Shown here piece by piece: positions 45,938-56,200 of a stretch of DNA of 64,000 nt (position 1 is the first letter of the stretch; the number at the start of each line of letters is the position of its first letter). Position numbers and translations under genes: made by a program. The stretch lies in sequence record PV231353.1, one strand, 5' to 3'. Under the pieces are notes generated by a model. That model ran no database searches. It was given only the letters and a program-made list of their open reading frames with translations, and was not told the DNA's origin.

Positions 45938-46416
45938 CAGGGGGCCTTTGCGGCGGGGGTGGTCTTGTACTTCTTGGCGTGGCGCAGACCCTTCCACGAG
46001 GCCTTGTAGCCGTCGAGGTTGCGCCAGCCGCCACAACAGGGCGCGCCGCAGGAACAGCGCATGTAGGCCTTCTCGGCGTGCCCGCGATTGACTAGGACCT
46101 TCATCGCCGAGGCGGTGTATTCGTCCGGCGTGGGAAAGACCTTCTCGGGGTCGGCCGCCATCTCGATCAGCAGCCGCTTGGGGCCGTCGTTTTGGCACCT
46201 GCGGCAGTAGGCGACCTCGTCATAGGCCAGGGCCTCGGCCTCTAGCTCGGCCTGGGCCTTGACCTCCTCGACGAGTTCCTCGTAGGTCTGAGCCCCGCTC
46301 AGGTAACGCGAGACCTCGTGGGTCCTCGGGAGCGCCTTGGCGCAATCCCGACAATGGACGGTGTAGGTCGCCGTCCAGGCGGCGCGCTCGATATCGTCGA
46401 GATCGTAGGCTGTCAC
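45937..46416 (-). CDS. Hypothetical Cys-rich protein
   Basis: CxxC pairs and 'CSCG..CC'; operonic. Confidence 0.6.
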   Translation of the reverse strand: MTAYDLDDIERAAWTATYTVHCRDCAKALPRTHEVSRYLSGAQTYEELVEEVKAQAELEAEALAYDEVAYCRRCQNDGPKRLLIEMAADPEKVFPTPDEYTASAMKVLVNRGHAEKAYMRCSCGAPCCGGWRNLDGYKASWKGLRHAKKYKTTPAAKAP

Positions 46417-46862
46417 AGGTGCGGAGCCAGTTCGCGGTCCATGCGGTCGAGTTCGCCCCGCTTGTGGAGTTCGGCGACCCGGTGCAGGGCGATCAGTTTC
46501 TGCTCAATATAGGTCATGGTCGCCGGCGAGCGGGTCGGGAGTTCCGACAGGCCCGTGCCGATGCCGTCCGAGGGCCAGACCACGATGCCGCCTTTCTTGA
46601 CGTGGGTGAAGAGCCGGCGGAAGTCCTCGTCGATCGACCGGCACTGGGCGTCGACCGCCACCGGATCGTCGCCGAAGAAGTCGGTGTCGTGCATGCCCGG
46701 CGTGCGCTTGGTCGCCACGCCCACGGCGTTGGGCTCCCCGCGCATGTGCCCGGCTTGGCCGCCCATGCCCTTGCGGATCATGTTGTCGCCGAACACGTAG
46801 AGCACGTCGGGATTGCGGCGCAGGTCTTCGCGGAAGATGCGGTGTTGGTAGATGAGGGGCAT
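46413..46862 (-). CDS. Conserved phage protein ('YVFGDN...GQA' family)
   Basis: 'LYVFGDN....G.GGQA..MRG.PNA.G..TK...' motif typical of phage proteins; function unknown. Confidence 0.7.
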   Translation of the reverse strand: MPLIYQHRIFREDLRRNPDVLYVFGDNMIRKGMGGQAGHMRGEPNAVGVATKRTPGMHDTDFFGDDPVAVDAQCRSIDEDFRRLFTHVKKGGIVVWPSDGIGTGLSELPTRSPATMTYIEQKLIALHRVAELHKRGELDRMDRELAPHL

Positions 46863-46920
46863 CGGGCGATCCTTGAAAAGGCGGGGACCGGCGAACCGGT
46901 CCCCTGGAGGTGGGGTTCTG

Positions 46921-48549
46921 TTAGGCGCCGTGCGCCGCGACATAGGCCTTGGCGTAGGCCTCGCGATAGGCCGCTTCGTGGATGACGCCGGCCTCGTCGG
47001 TGAGGTCTTCGAACGCCTCGAAGTGGTCGCCGGTGGAGGCGTCCAGGTCGAAAACGCCGTCGAGCCGAGCCTGCTGGGCGTCGGCGCGCCCGTCGATGTC
47101 ACCGACGAGCTTGGCCCAGGCCGCGTACTGCGCCTCGATCACCGCGTCGAAGGCGGCGATATAGGCGTTGCTCATCGTCGCATCGATGTCGAGCGGCGAT
47201 TCGGTGACGTCGTTGTAGCGCTCGCCCTCGAAGCCGTCGAGGATATCGACGATCGCGTCGGCCAACGCGTCCTCGTCGGTTTCGGCCATCGCCTCGGCGA
47301 TCGCCTTATGGGCGTCCTGCTCGCCCCAGGTCCGAGCGATGCTCTCGCCCAAGACCGCGTCCTCGGTCGGGAAGCCGTTCTCGTCGAGCACCGGATCGGT
47401 GCTTTCGGCCGTTTCTTCGTCCTCGGCTTCGGGGCCGGGGTCGGTTTGCTCGGCGTCAGCCTTACCGGCGGCGAAGGCCTCGCCATAGCCGCGCACATAG
47501 CCCTCCGAGTAGGCTTGCCGGGCCGAATCGGGGCCGTCGCTGAGTTCGCCCGGCATGTCGAAAGACGCGTCATACTCCCAGCCGTTCTCGGCGTCGGCGG
47601 CCCCGGCCTTGCGACCAGCTTCTTCGCCGGCCTTATCCCAGTTGGTCTCGACGTCGTCGAACGACACCGACACCTCGGCGGTGGTCGCGGCTTCCGGCGC
47701 CGAGGCCGTCACGGTCACGCCGTCGGCGGCGGTGGCGTCGGTGGCGTCTTCCGGGTCCTCGACCGGCGCGGCGGCCTTTTCCTCGGCGAAGCGCCGCTCG
47801 ACGGCGGCCGAGAAGTAGTTCTTGGCGTCGGCCTCGGGGATTTCGGCCAGCACTTCCATCTTGCAGCAGCGCAGCTTGGCTTGGTTGTAGTCGGTCGGGA
47901 TCGCCGTCACGTCGCTCGGATTGATCTCGACGATGATGATCTTGCCGACGCCGTTGTGGAACTGGAGCAGGTAGTCGAACGAGCAGGCGTGCAGGCCACG
48001 CGAGCAGAGCGCATTGCGGTTGGGGTCGCACTTGTCGCGGTCCATCTCGACCGTCGAGCCGATCTTGTATTCGACCGTGCCCGAGTGGTGGTCGAAGAAG
48101 TCGGCGCGCACGCGCTTGAAGGCGTGGAAGTTGCCGTCCGGGGTCAGGGGCAGGCGACCCTTCTCCAGGAAGGCGTAGAGGTCCGCCGCGATCGACTTGT
48201 CGGGGTTGAGGTGAACCTTCTCGATGAACTTGGTCAGCGGCTCGATGTCGAAGCCTTCGGACAGCACGCGCTTGAAAGTGCCGGCCGCCACGTAGTCGAT
48301 CACGTGGCCGTCCAGGCGCAGCCGGTCGCGGTCGTCGAGGATGACGCGCCCGAACGACTGGGCCGCGACATAGGCGGCGACGTCGGCGATCAGGCGGATT
48401 TCGTCGATGTCCTGCGGCACCTTGCGCAGGGCTTCCTCCAGCTTCTTGGCCTGGGCCGAGGCGCGGGGAAACACGCGGTAGCGACCATCGAGCGTGATCG
48501 AGATCACGTCGTTGGTGATCGTCGACGCGATCTTCTTGGGGGTGGTCAT
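46921..48549 (-). CDS. rIIB: rIIB-like protein with acidic C-terminal extension
   Basis: 'LY.FL....LP.T.DG.F.AFK.V..D..D.HSG', 'CS.GLH.CS..YL', 'V.INP.DV..IP.DY...K.RCC'. Confidence 0.9.
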   Translation of the reverse strand: MTTPKKIASTITNDVISITLDGRYRVFPRASAQAKKLEEALRKVPQDIDEIRLIADVAAYVAAQSFGRVILDDRDRLRLDGHVIDYVAAGTFKRVLSEGFDIEPLTKFIEKVHLNPDKSIAADLYAFLEKGRLPLTPDGNFHAFKRVRADFFDHHSGTVEYKIGSTVEMDRDKCDPNRNALCSRGLHACSFDYLLQFHNGVGKIIIVEINPSDVTAIPTDYNQAKLRCCKMEVLAEIPEADAKNYFSAAVERRFAEEKAAAPVEDPEDATDATAADGVTVTASAPEAATTAEVSVSFDDVETNWDKAGEEAGRKAGAADAENGWEYDASFDMPGELSDGPDSARQAYSEGYVRGYGEAFAAGKADAEQTDPGPEAEDEETAESTDPVLDENGFPTEDAVLGESIARTWGEQDAHKAIAEAMAETDEDALADAIVDILDGFEGERYNDVTESPLDIDATMSNAYIAAFDAVIEAQYAAWAKLVGDIDGRADAQQARLDGVFDLDASTGDHFEAFEDLTDEAGVIHEAAYREAYAKAYVAAHGA

Positions 48550-48570
48550 GGTCGTCTCCTTGAGACCGGC

Positions 48571-50694
48571 TTAGCTGAACGCCAGGGTGAGCGGGATGGC
48601 CTTGATCAGGCCGGGCAGGGCCTTGATGCAGGCGGTGATCTGCGCCTCGGTCGAGGCGTGGTTCATCATGTCCAGGTACTTCCGGACCGGATGGTTGTAG
48701 TGCTTGTAAACCTTCTGGTGGCCCTCTTCGATGATCTGGATCGTCTTGCTCTTGGGCGGGGCCTTGTAGGAGCCGTTCTCCTCATAGAGCGACTTGAGGT
48801 AGGAGCGCTCGCGCTCGGTCCACTCGGCGATGTTCGCCGCCAGGAACGGCTTGAGCGCCACGAAGAAGGCCGCCAGCGGCGAGGAGGTCATGCGGCCCAG
48901 GGCGTCGTATTCCGCCGGGCAGTGCTTGACCGCGCGGGTGAAGAACCCGAAGGCCGTCGACGAGGAGGAGAACTTCCCCAGCAGATTGACGCACTCGTCG
49001 AGCGTGATCTTGTGCTTGGCTTGCAGGGCCGCGTCCACGGCCGCGCGCAGCGACGGGATGTTGGCCTCCTCGACGTGCTTCTGGGCGGTCGGCGAGGCGA
49101 TGTAGATGTGCTTGATCCCGAACTTGTTGGCCACCACGAAGGTGTCCTCGGGCTTCTTGCGGTACTGGTCCGACGTCACCCAGGCCACGCCGCCGTCGAG
49201 ATCGGTCTCGACCTCGACCACCGCCCGCTGCTCGCCCGCCCGCTTGGCCAGGGCCAGACCCCGGATCGGCGGGGTGTAGACCGCCTGCGGCTTCTTGCCC
49301 TCGACCCGGCGCGGCACCACGCCGCGCAGGTCATCGATGTCGACCTCAACGAACTTGGCCTTCGGCAGGGCGCATTGCCAGAACTTGGCGGGCTTGTCGA
49401 ACGCCAGCAGGAAGTCGCCGGACTTCACCTTCAGCTTCTCCTCCAGGTAGAGGCGGAAGAGCCGGGCCAGACGGCGGGTCTCGCTCTGGCTGAACTCGCT
49501 CTGCGTCGAGGCGTCGCGCGAGGGGTCCATCAGGTCGGAGACGTCGCGGATCACGTAGAAGGTTCGCTCGGCGTCATTGTCGAGCGACAGGGTCTTCTCG
49601 ATGCGGTAGCCCCAGCGCTCGCGGTACTGGTCGAACGTGGCCTTGTAGATGCACGACACGCCCGAGAAGGAGATGCTGGAGGTGGTCAGGCCCGTCGCCG
49701 GATGGGTCACCGACTTATTGAGGAACTGCGGCTTGAGCTTGTTGTAGGTCTTGAAGAACTCGACCACCGGCTCGATGTCCTTGACCTTGTCCCAGATCAC
49801 CATCTCGACCTCGGTGGTGATCTCGCCGATCTTCTTGATCAGGGCCTCGACCGCGTCGGGCTTGTACTGAATCTCTTCCCGCGACGGGATCGGCTCCACC
49901 GTGCCGATCGGCACCGTGATCAGCCATTTGCGGCCCATGTCGTGCGGCAGCGTCAGCCCGCCCTTATTGGCCAGCGGATAGATCACGCAGCCCTGGCGCA
50001 CGTTCCAGGTCGAGGGCAGCGACGAATTCTCATAGGCCGCCCAGGTGCCGTCGGTGGCCTCGAACTGCGGGGTCCCCAGGCCCTGTCCCAGGTCAATGTT
50101 GGTGTCGAACATCGGCGAGTAGCCGAGCGCGACGTTGCGGATCGCCTTCTCGAAGGCGGGGAAGTCCTTGGCCGCCACGCCGACCGTGACGCGCACCCCG
50201 ACCGGCTCTGCGCACTCCTCGGTGCCCTGGAGCATGATCCGGGGCCGCCCGCCCTCGCCGATCGCGGCGGTATAATGACGCACCACGTCGCCGTCATAGC
50301 AGGACACCGAGAACTGGCTGGTGTAGGCGAACGGGCTCTTGGAGCCCAGGCCGAAGGCGCCGACCAGATCGTCGGTCTGGTCCTTGTCCGACTCGAACAG
50401 CGTCGAGTAGAGGAACATCACCTTCTCGTGGTTCATGCCAACGCCGTAGTCGCGGACGTAGAATTCCGGACGCAGTTCGTTCGGAGCGTGGACGAAGAAG
50501 GTGCCCTTGTAGCCCGAAACCAGTTGGGAGTCGTAGGCGTTGGTGGTGACTTCGCGCACCATCGAGCCGATCTTGTCCGAATAGAGGCCGTCGATCAGCA
50601 TCCGGAAGGCCTTGCCGGAGGCCTTGATCGTGAACTCCTGCTCCTCCTCGACCCCGATGGTTTCAAGGATGACGGGCTCGGCTCCAAGACGCAT
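48571..50694 (-). CDS. rIIA: rIIA-like protein (GHKL ATPase domain)
   Basis: 'LYSDK...VRE...NA.D', 'VRDYG.GM', 'G.FGLGSKSPF.Y'; adjacent to rIIB. Confidence 0.92.
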   Translation of the reverse strand: MRLGAEPVILETIGVEEEQEFTIKASGKAFRMLIDGLYSDKIGSMVREVTTNAYDSQLVSGYKGTFFVHAPNELRPEFYVRDYGVGMNHEKVMFLYSTLFESDKDQTDDLVGAFGLGSKSPFAYTSQFSVSCYDGDVVRHYTAAIGEGGRPRIMLQGTEECAEPVGVRVTVGVAAKDFPAFEKAIRNVALGYSPMFDTNIDLGQGLGTPQFEATDGTWAAYENSSLPSTWNVRQGCVIYPLANKGGLTLPHDMGRKWLITVPIGTVEPIPSREEIQYKPDAVEALIKKIGEITTEVEMVIWDKVKDIEPVVEFFKTYNKLKPQFLNKSVTHPATGLTTSSISFSGVSCIYKATFDQYRERWGYRIEKTLSLDNDAERTFYVIRDVSDLMDPSRDASTQSEFSQSETRRLARLFRLYLEEKLKVKSGDFLLAFDKPAKFWQCALPKAKFVEVDIDDLRGVVPRRVEGKKPQAVYTPPIRGLALAKRAGEQRAVVEVETDLDGGVAWVTSDQYRKKPEDTFVVANKFGIKHIYIASPTAQKHVEEANIPSLRAAVDAALQAKHKITLDECVNLLGKFSSSSTAFGFFTRAVKHCPAEYDALGRMTSSPLAAFFVALKPFLAANIAEWTERERSYLKSLYEENGSYKAPPKSKTIQIIEEGHQKVYKHYNHPVRKYLDMMNHASTEAQITACIKALPGLIKAIPLTLAFS

Positions 50695-50821
50695 GGCAAA
50701 CTCCGAAAGGCAGGCTTGAGTGAATGTGTTGCCGATCCTTCTAGCGAGGCGTTCTGGCTCTGTCAACACACTCCAGCCTGCCGGGATGTCGTGAATCTTG
50801 ACGTTCCGCGACGCCTGAGGC

Positions 50822-51073
50822 ATGCTCGTATTCATGCGGAACATCACGGCTGAAGCGACGGGCAAGACCCGCACTTGCACGTCCGAGGATTATCCCTGGC
50901 CCCCGCGCGGGTCCGAGGGATGCGATTGCATGGAAAAGTCCAGAAACCCCAAGCGTGACTTCATGCTGATCGCCGACCGCACCGGTGTAATCGTATGGTA
51001 CGCGAGGATGACATGCCCGATTCACGGCCCGAAGATCAAGACGTCGGACGTCGCAACCGAATCCACGACCTGA
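50822..51073 (+). CDS. Small Cys-containing hypothetical protein
   Basis: Follows the motif promoter at 50788; 'CTSE', 'CDC', 'CPIHG'. Confidence 0.5.
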   Translation: MLVFMRNITAEATGKTRTCTSEDYPWPPRGSEGCDCMEKSRNPKRDFMLIADRTGVIVWYARMTCPIHGPKIKTSDVATESTT

Positions 51074-51420
51074 TCGTCGGCGACCCTCGGGAGGACGCCC
51101 GCTACGCCCGCAAGCTCAGCAACCGCGACAAGACGATGTTCGTCTGCGGGGTCCTCAACCATCCCGCCTCGGCCTTCGATCTCGATCTCCCGTTCCCGAT
51201 CGAGGACTGGATCGCCTCGGACGACAATTCCCTGGTCTGCGCCGGGCTCTACCTGACCGATCTGCGCCTCCAGTTCTACAAGGCCCTGGCGCCGGCCCAG
51301 GACGACGAGCAGGCCTTCGTCCGCCAGGGCGAGGCCGAGTTCTGGTATCACCGCTTCAACGTCATGATCGAGCGGCGCGCCCACGGCGTGCTGGTCACCG
51401 ACGGGCGCGTCCTCCATTGA
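51013..51420 (+). CDS. Hypothetical protein
   Basis: GAGG RBS, coding bias. Confidence 0.7.
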   Translation: MPDSRPEDQDVGRRNRIHDLIVGDPREDARYARKLSNRDKTMFVCGVLNHPASAFDLDLPFPIEDWIASDDNSLVCAGLYLTDLRLQFYKALAPAQDDEQAFVRQGEAEFWYHRFNVMIERRAHGVLVTDGRVLH

Positions 51421-51791
51421 GCAGCGATCTGCCCCTCTACGATGGCGCGCTGACGGGCAAGCTCGTCGGCCGCTTCGTGCGCGCCGGGCAGGCCTTCGAC
51501 GTCGTGCGTCCCGGCTTCGACGCCCAGGGGATCAAGCGCCAGACCTGGACCCAGATCGTCCATGGCGGCGTTCCCGTCTTCGAGGTCAAGGTCCGCACCG
51601 ATCTCGACAACGTGATCGACCGCTTCGACGAACTGTGGGAGCGCCATATCGGCGAGGACGAGGACCTGCTCGCCCGCGCCCTGGCCTCGGTCAAGAAGGA
51701 GCGGACCGCCAAGTTCCGGGATGGCAAGTCGGGGGTCACGCCGGCCCCGACCGTCCACGACGTCCGCATCCCCACCGCCTATAGCGGTTGA
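51417..51791 (+). CDS. Hypothetical protein
   Basis: TTGA overlap with upstream stop. Confidence 0.7.
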   Translation: MSSDLPLYDGALTGKLVGRFVRAGQAFDVVRPGFDAQGIKRQTWTQIVHGGVPVFEVKVRTDLDNVIDRFDELWERHIGEDEDLLARALASVKKERTAKFRDGKSGVTPAPTVHDVRIPTAYSG

Positions 51792-51870
51792 CATTTTGTT
51801 GGCGTTCGAGGGTTGACAGCCCGGATTTCATGACTTAGATGCCTCCTCGACGACAACGAAGGAGGTTCTC

Positions 51871-52497
51871 ATGCCCAAGCGGATCAAAGGCAAGCGCATC
51901 GCCCTGCACCGGGCCAAGGTGCTCGACGCCGACGAGTTCAACAACCTGATCGAAGGCGTGTCCCGCCGCGAGCACGGTCTGCGTGACCGCGTGCTCTTCA
52001 AGCTCTCCTTCTATTGCGGCCTGCGCGTCGCCGAGATCGCCGGCCTGGAGTGGCGCAAGCACCTGCTGGACGCCAGCGGCCGTCTGCGTCCCGCCATCCA
52101 CGTCACCCACGACATCGGCAAGAACTCGGTCGAGCGCTTCATCCCGATCGAAGCCTCGCTGGCCGAGGACCTGCGCGCCCTGCGCAAGACCTGCCGCGAC
52201 AAACGCTTCGTCATCTACCCCCTGCGCGTGACCATGCGCGGTGGCCCGGAGAAGACCGACGCCAACACCCTGGCGCAATACATGCGCCGGACGTTCCTGG
52301 AGTTCGGCCTGGACGGCGCCTCGTCGCACTCGGGCCGCCGCACCTTCATCACCGATCTCGCGCGGAAAGCGAACCTCGTGGGTTGCTCGCTCCGGGACAT
52401 CCAGGGCATGGTGGGTCACAAGCGGATCGAGACCACCGGCAGCTATATCGAGACCAGCCGGCAGCAGGACCAACTTGTCGCCCTGGTCCTGCGATAG
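51871..52497 (+). CDS. Tyrosine recombinase (catalytic domain only, XerC/D-like)
   Basis: 'GLRVAEI', 'K', 'HSGRR', 'GH..IETT..Y' catalytic residues. Confidence 0.92.
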   Translation: MPKRIKGKRIALHRAKVLDADEFNNLIEGVSRREHGLRDRVLFKLSFYCGLRVAEIAGLEWRKHLLDASGRLRPAIHVTHDIGKNSVERFIPIEASLAEDLRALRKTCRDKRFVIYPLRVTMRGGPEKTDANTLAQYMRRTFLEFGLDGASSHSGRRTFITDLARKANLVGCSLRDIQGMVGHKRIETTGSYIETSRQQDQLVALVLR

Positions 52498-52506
52498 GAG
52501 GGCGCG

Positions 52507-52920
52507 ATGACCTATGTCTGCACCACCGAGACCGACGAGATCATCAACGCCCAGCCCGTCGATCTGGACGCGGCCGAGGCCCTGCTGCGTCCGCGTCCGA
52601 ATTTCGCCAAGGCCAGGGGCGTCTGCCGCGAGTGCGGCGCGCCCAAGAACGAACGGCGCCTGGGTGCGGACTTCTGCTCGACCCGCTGCCGCTCGGATTT
52701 CCACAACCGGGCCAAGATCGAGGGCGCGTCGCTGATTCACATCGTCAAGCGCTGGCGGCGCTATCGTCGCCCTGGCGACTTCGCCCTGATGACCAAGATG
52801 GCGGACGACCTGATCCGCGCCGACAAGCTCGCCAACCGCAACTTCTATCCCGACCCGCCGGCCACGGCTCACGCCAAGGTCGTCGCCACCAACATCGCCG
52901 GGCGCCGCAAGGCCCGCTAG
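52507..52920 (+). CDS. Hypothetical protein with zinc finger
   Basis: 'CRECG...FCSTRCR'. Confidence 0.7.
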   Translation: MTYVCTTETDEIINAQPVDLDAAEALLRPRPNFAKARGVCRECGAPKNERRLGADFCSTRCRSDFHNRAKIEGASLIHIVKRWRRYRRPGDFALMTKMADDLIRADKLANRNFYPDPPATAHAKVVATNIAGRRKAR

Positions 52921-52934
52921 TTCAGGAGTACAGT

Positions 52935-53189
52935 TTGACCACACCGAACCAAGTCCCCGTCCACACCGTCGAGAGCGGTGGTCACCTCTTCCAGGTCTAT
53001 GCGGCCCCGGAGAACCACACCCACCGCTACCTCGGCTATTGCGACGGGGCGATCAGCGTCAGCGGCTCCAGCGTTGACGTCGTCCTGCGGGCCTTGGTGA
53101 CCAAACATCCGGCGGTGCGGCCCAGCGGCGAGGTGATCGATTTCACCGCCTATCGCCTCAAACGCCTGGGCGAGGAGTTCGCCGCCTGA
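52935..53189 (+). CDS. Hypothetical protein
   Basis: AGGAG RBS with TTG start. Confidence 0.6.
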   Translation: MTTPNQVPVHTVESGGHLFQVYAAPENHTHRYLGYCDGAISVSGSSVDVVLRALVTKHPAVRPSGEVIDFTAYRLKRLGEEFAA

Positions 53190-53280
53190 CGTCGTGATTT
53201 AACACTGTCATGAATCTTGACACCTGTCGGGATTGGAGGCTAGATGGCTCCCGCCTTTCACCCCCGTCCCGACAGGCTTC

Positions 53281-56200
53281 ATGTCCCACTCTTTCGATTT
53301 CCTCGCCGCGCTGTTCGCGGCGCATGAAGGCCCGATCGCCTTCGAGCACAACAACAAGACCGTCAAGACCCGCGATCCCGCGTTCGTGGAAGAGCACGAC
53401 GGCGAACTCTATGTCTCTCCGACGACCCCGGACGGCCGCGTGGCCTTCGTGTTCGGCACGGACCAGGACGTCGACGCCGACGTCTGGGAGGCGTTTCGCC
53501 TCAAACCGACCGTCGTCCTGTACAAGGAAAAGACCGGCGACATGATCGTGGCCTGGGCCTTCGAGGAGACCCAGGAGATCGACGACGTGCGCCGCCTCGC
53601 CGAGGCGCTGGGCATGGCCGATCTGGAAGAGCCGATCCCGCTGCCCGGCACCAACGGCTGGTCGCTGGTCCGCGCCGAGGAGAGCGACTACTACCTCCTC
53701 GACGAGGTCGAGCGCGTCTATGCCCCGGCCAAGAAGACCGGCTACGACGACCCGCCGAAGAACCGGCAAGAAAATCGGCAAATTTCTGACACGCAATCGG
53801 CGCAAGCTTCGGAAAAGGCTGGCAAAAAAGCCTCTTCCAAGACCGGCAAAAAGACCGGCGCCGACACGCCGCCGTGGGACGAGGACCTCGGGACCTACGC
53901 CGACGCCGTGATCAAGCGTCCCTATGACGAGGGCGACCCGGCGCTGGCCCAGGAGATCATCGTCTCCGTCGGGGCCAACAGCAAGTCGATGAACTGGCAA
54001 CCCAAGGCCATGCCGCTGGGCGCGTTCGTCGCCCAGTTCTGCCAGCACCGCGAGGGCGCCAAGGACGGCGTCTCCTTCGTGCTGGGCGACATGGTGCCGG
54101 GCCAGCGCAAGAAGACGGCGATCAAGGCCCTCTACGCCGTGGGCCTGGACGTCGACGTGGGCATGTCCTCGGCGGCGATCGACGCGGCCCTGGCCAAGTT
54201 CGGGCGCATGGCCGTCCGCTATACGACCCATTCCCACCTGAAGGCGGTCACCGACGTCAAGAAGGACGTCCTGATCAAGTGGTGCGAGCAGGAAGCCGAC
54301 GGCGCCGACTACGAGGAGGACGAGGTCCTCCAGCGCTACTTCCTGGCCAAGGAACTGATGACCCCGGACGTCGCCAAGACGGTCGAGTTCAACGGGACCG
54401 AGCACAAGGACGGCGGCATCATGGTCACCGTCAAGCACGCGCCGATCGCCAAGCACCGGATCATCGTCCCCCTGGCGGCGGCCTTCGACATCTCCAAGGT
54501 CGCGCCGACCCAGAAGGAGGCGATGGACAAGTGGGCCAAGGTCCCGACCGCGCTCGCCCGCGAACTGGGCGTGCCGCTGGACAAGTCGTGCCTGGACCCC
54601 TCGCGCCTGTTCTATCTGCCGCGCCACGCCAAGGGCAAGCCGTTCGAGATCAGCCTGTTCGGCGGCGATCTGTTCGACTGGAAGAGCCTGACTCTCGACG
54701 ATCCGTTCGAGGCCGAGATCGCCAAGCTGACCAAGGGGACCAGCAAGTCCAAGACCGAGGCCGGTCGCAACCTGGGCCGCTGGTCGATGAAGGCCGCCCA
54801 CGGCTTCCAGGTCGTCCAGGTCATGGAGGAGCACTGCCCCGACAAGCTGCGCCACCAAGTCTCGGCCGGCTACGAGATCGAGTGCCCGTTCGACGAGCTT
54901 CACTCCAACGCCGGCGACACCGAGGATCGCGCCTGTCTGGCGGTCAACGCCGGCGATGGTCCGAGCGAGTGGTTCACCGTCCGCTGCCAGCACGAGTCCT
55001 GCCGCGAGTTCACCAATCTCGACATGCTCGGCAAGATGGTCGAGGACGGCTGGTTCGACCGCGACGTGCTCGACGACGAGACCTACAACATCGTCGAGGC
55101 CGAGAACGCCCCCAACCCGCAGGCGGCCAAGAAGATCGAGAAGGAGGACAAGGCCAAGGAAGCCTATATGCAGGCGATCTTTGACCTCCCGAGATCCGAC
55201 TTCACCGACGACGACGTTGAGAAGGTCCTGCGCGTCTGCTGCGAGGCCAATCTGGGGACCCTGGCCGAGAACAAGGCCAAGGAAGCCCTCAAGGCGCGCC
55301 TGGGCGTCACCGGCACGGTGATCAACAAGATGTTCAAGGACATGAAGGCCACGGTCGCGCGCGAGCAGAACGCCGAGGGCGCGGTCAAGGACCCGCTGGG
55401 CCGCAGCATCTTCGCCTATGCGGGCGAGTTCAACTTCGACGAGGCCTTCGCCTGCTGCTTCCGCGCGCTGGTCAACACCAACCGCGAGAAGGATCAGCCG
55501 ATCTTCTCCTGCTTGCAGGACAAGCCCGTGCGCATGGCGCCCGAGCCGGATGGTCGTCTGAAGTTCACCGAGATCGGCACGGCCGCCTCCATGGGGGCCG
55601 AACTGAACGAGCTTGTCACCTTCGTGCGCAAGAACGAGCAGGGCCAGGGCGCGCGCGGAAGGGTTCCCGACGACGTGGCGCGCCACGTGTTCGAGAAGGC
55701 CTACACCCGCCTGCCGCGCACGCCCGAGATCATGTACACCCCGATCTATACGGCCGAGGGTGACCTGATCCGCAAGCCCGGCTGGTATCAGAACCTCGAC
55801 ATCCTGATGGCCGACATCGGCTTCGACGTTCCGAAGGTGTTCAGCGATCCGACGCCCGAGGAGGTCGAGGACGCCGTGAAGCTCCTGACCGACGAGGTCC
55901 TGATCGACTTCCCGTTCCTGGACTATGACACCGCCGGCAACGAGCGGCGCGAGCCGTCCATGGCCAACGCCCTGGCGATGCTGATCACCCCGTTCATGCG
56001 CCGCATGATCGATAGTTGCACGCCGGTGTTCTTCGTCTCCAAGCCGACGCCGGGCACGGGCGGGACCTTCCTGGGGATGGTGCCGATCATCCTGTTCGAC
56101 GGCGAGGAGCCGGCCCCGATTCGCTACACCCAGAACGAAGAGGAAATGCAGAAGGCGCTTTTGGCTTCTCTCATGAATTCAAAGGCTTACCTCTTCTTCG

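Larger units (their letters stand above)
3183..53221. repeat. Dispersed promoter motif GTC(G/A)TGAATCTTGAC (~11 copies)
   Basis: Copies at 3183(+), 9320(+), 15883(+), 24453(-), 25410(-, variant), 31523(-), 35531(variant), 38776(-), 44758(-), 50788(+), 53207(+). Confidence 0.9.
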
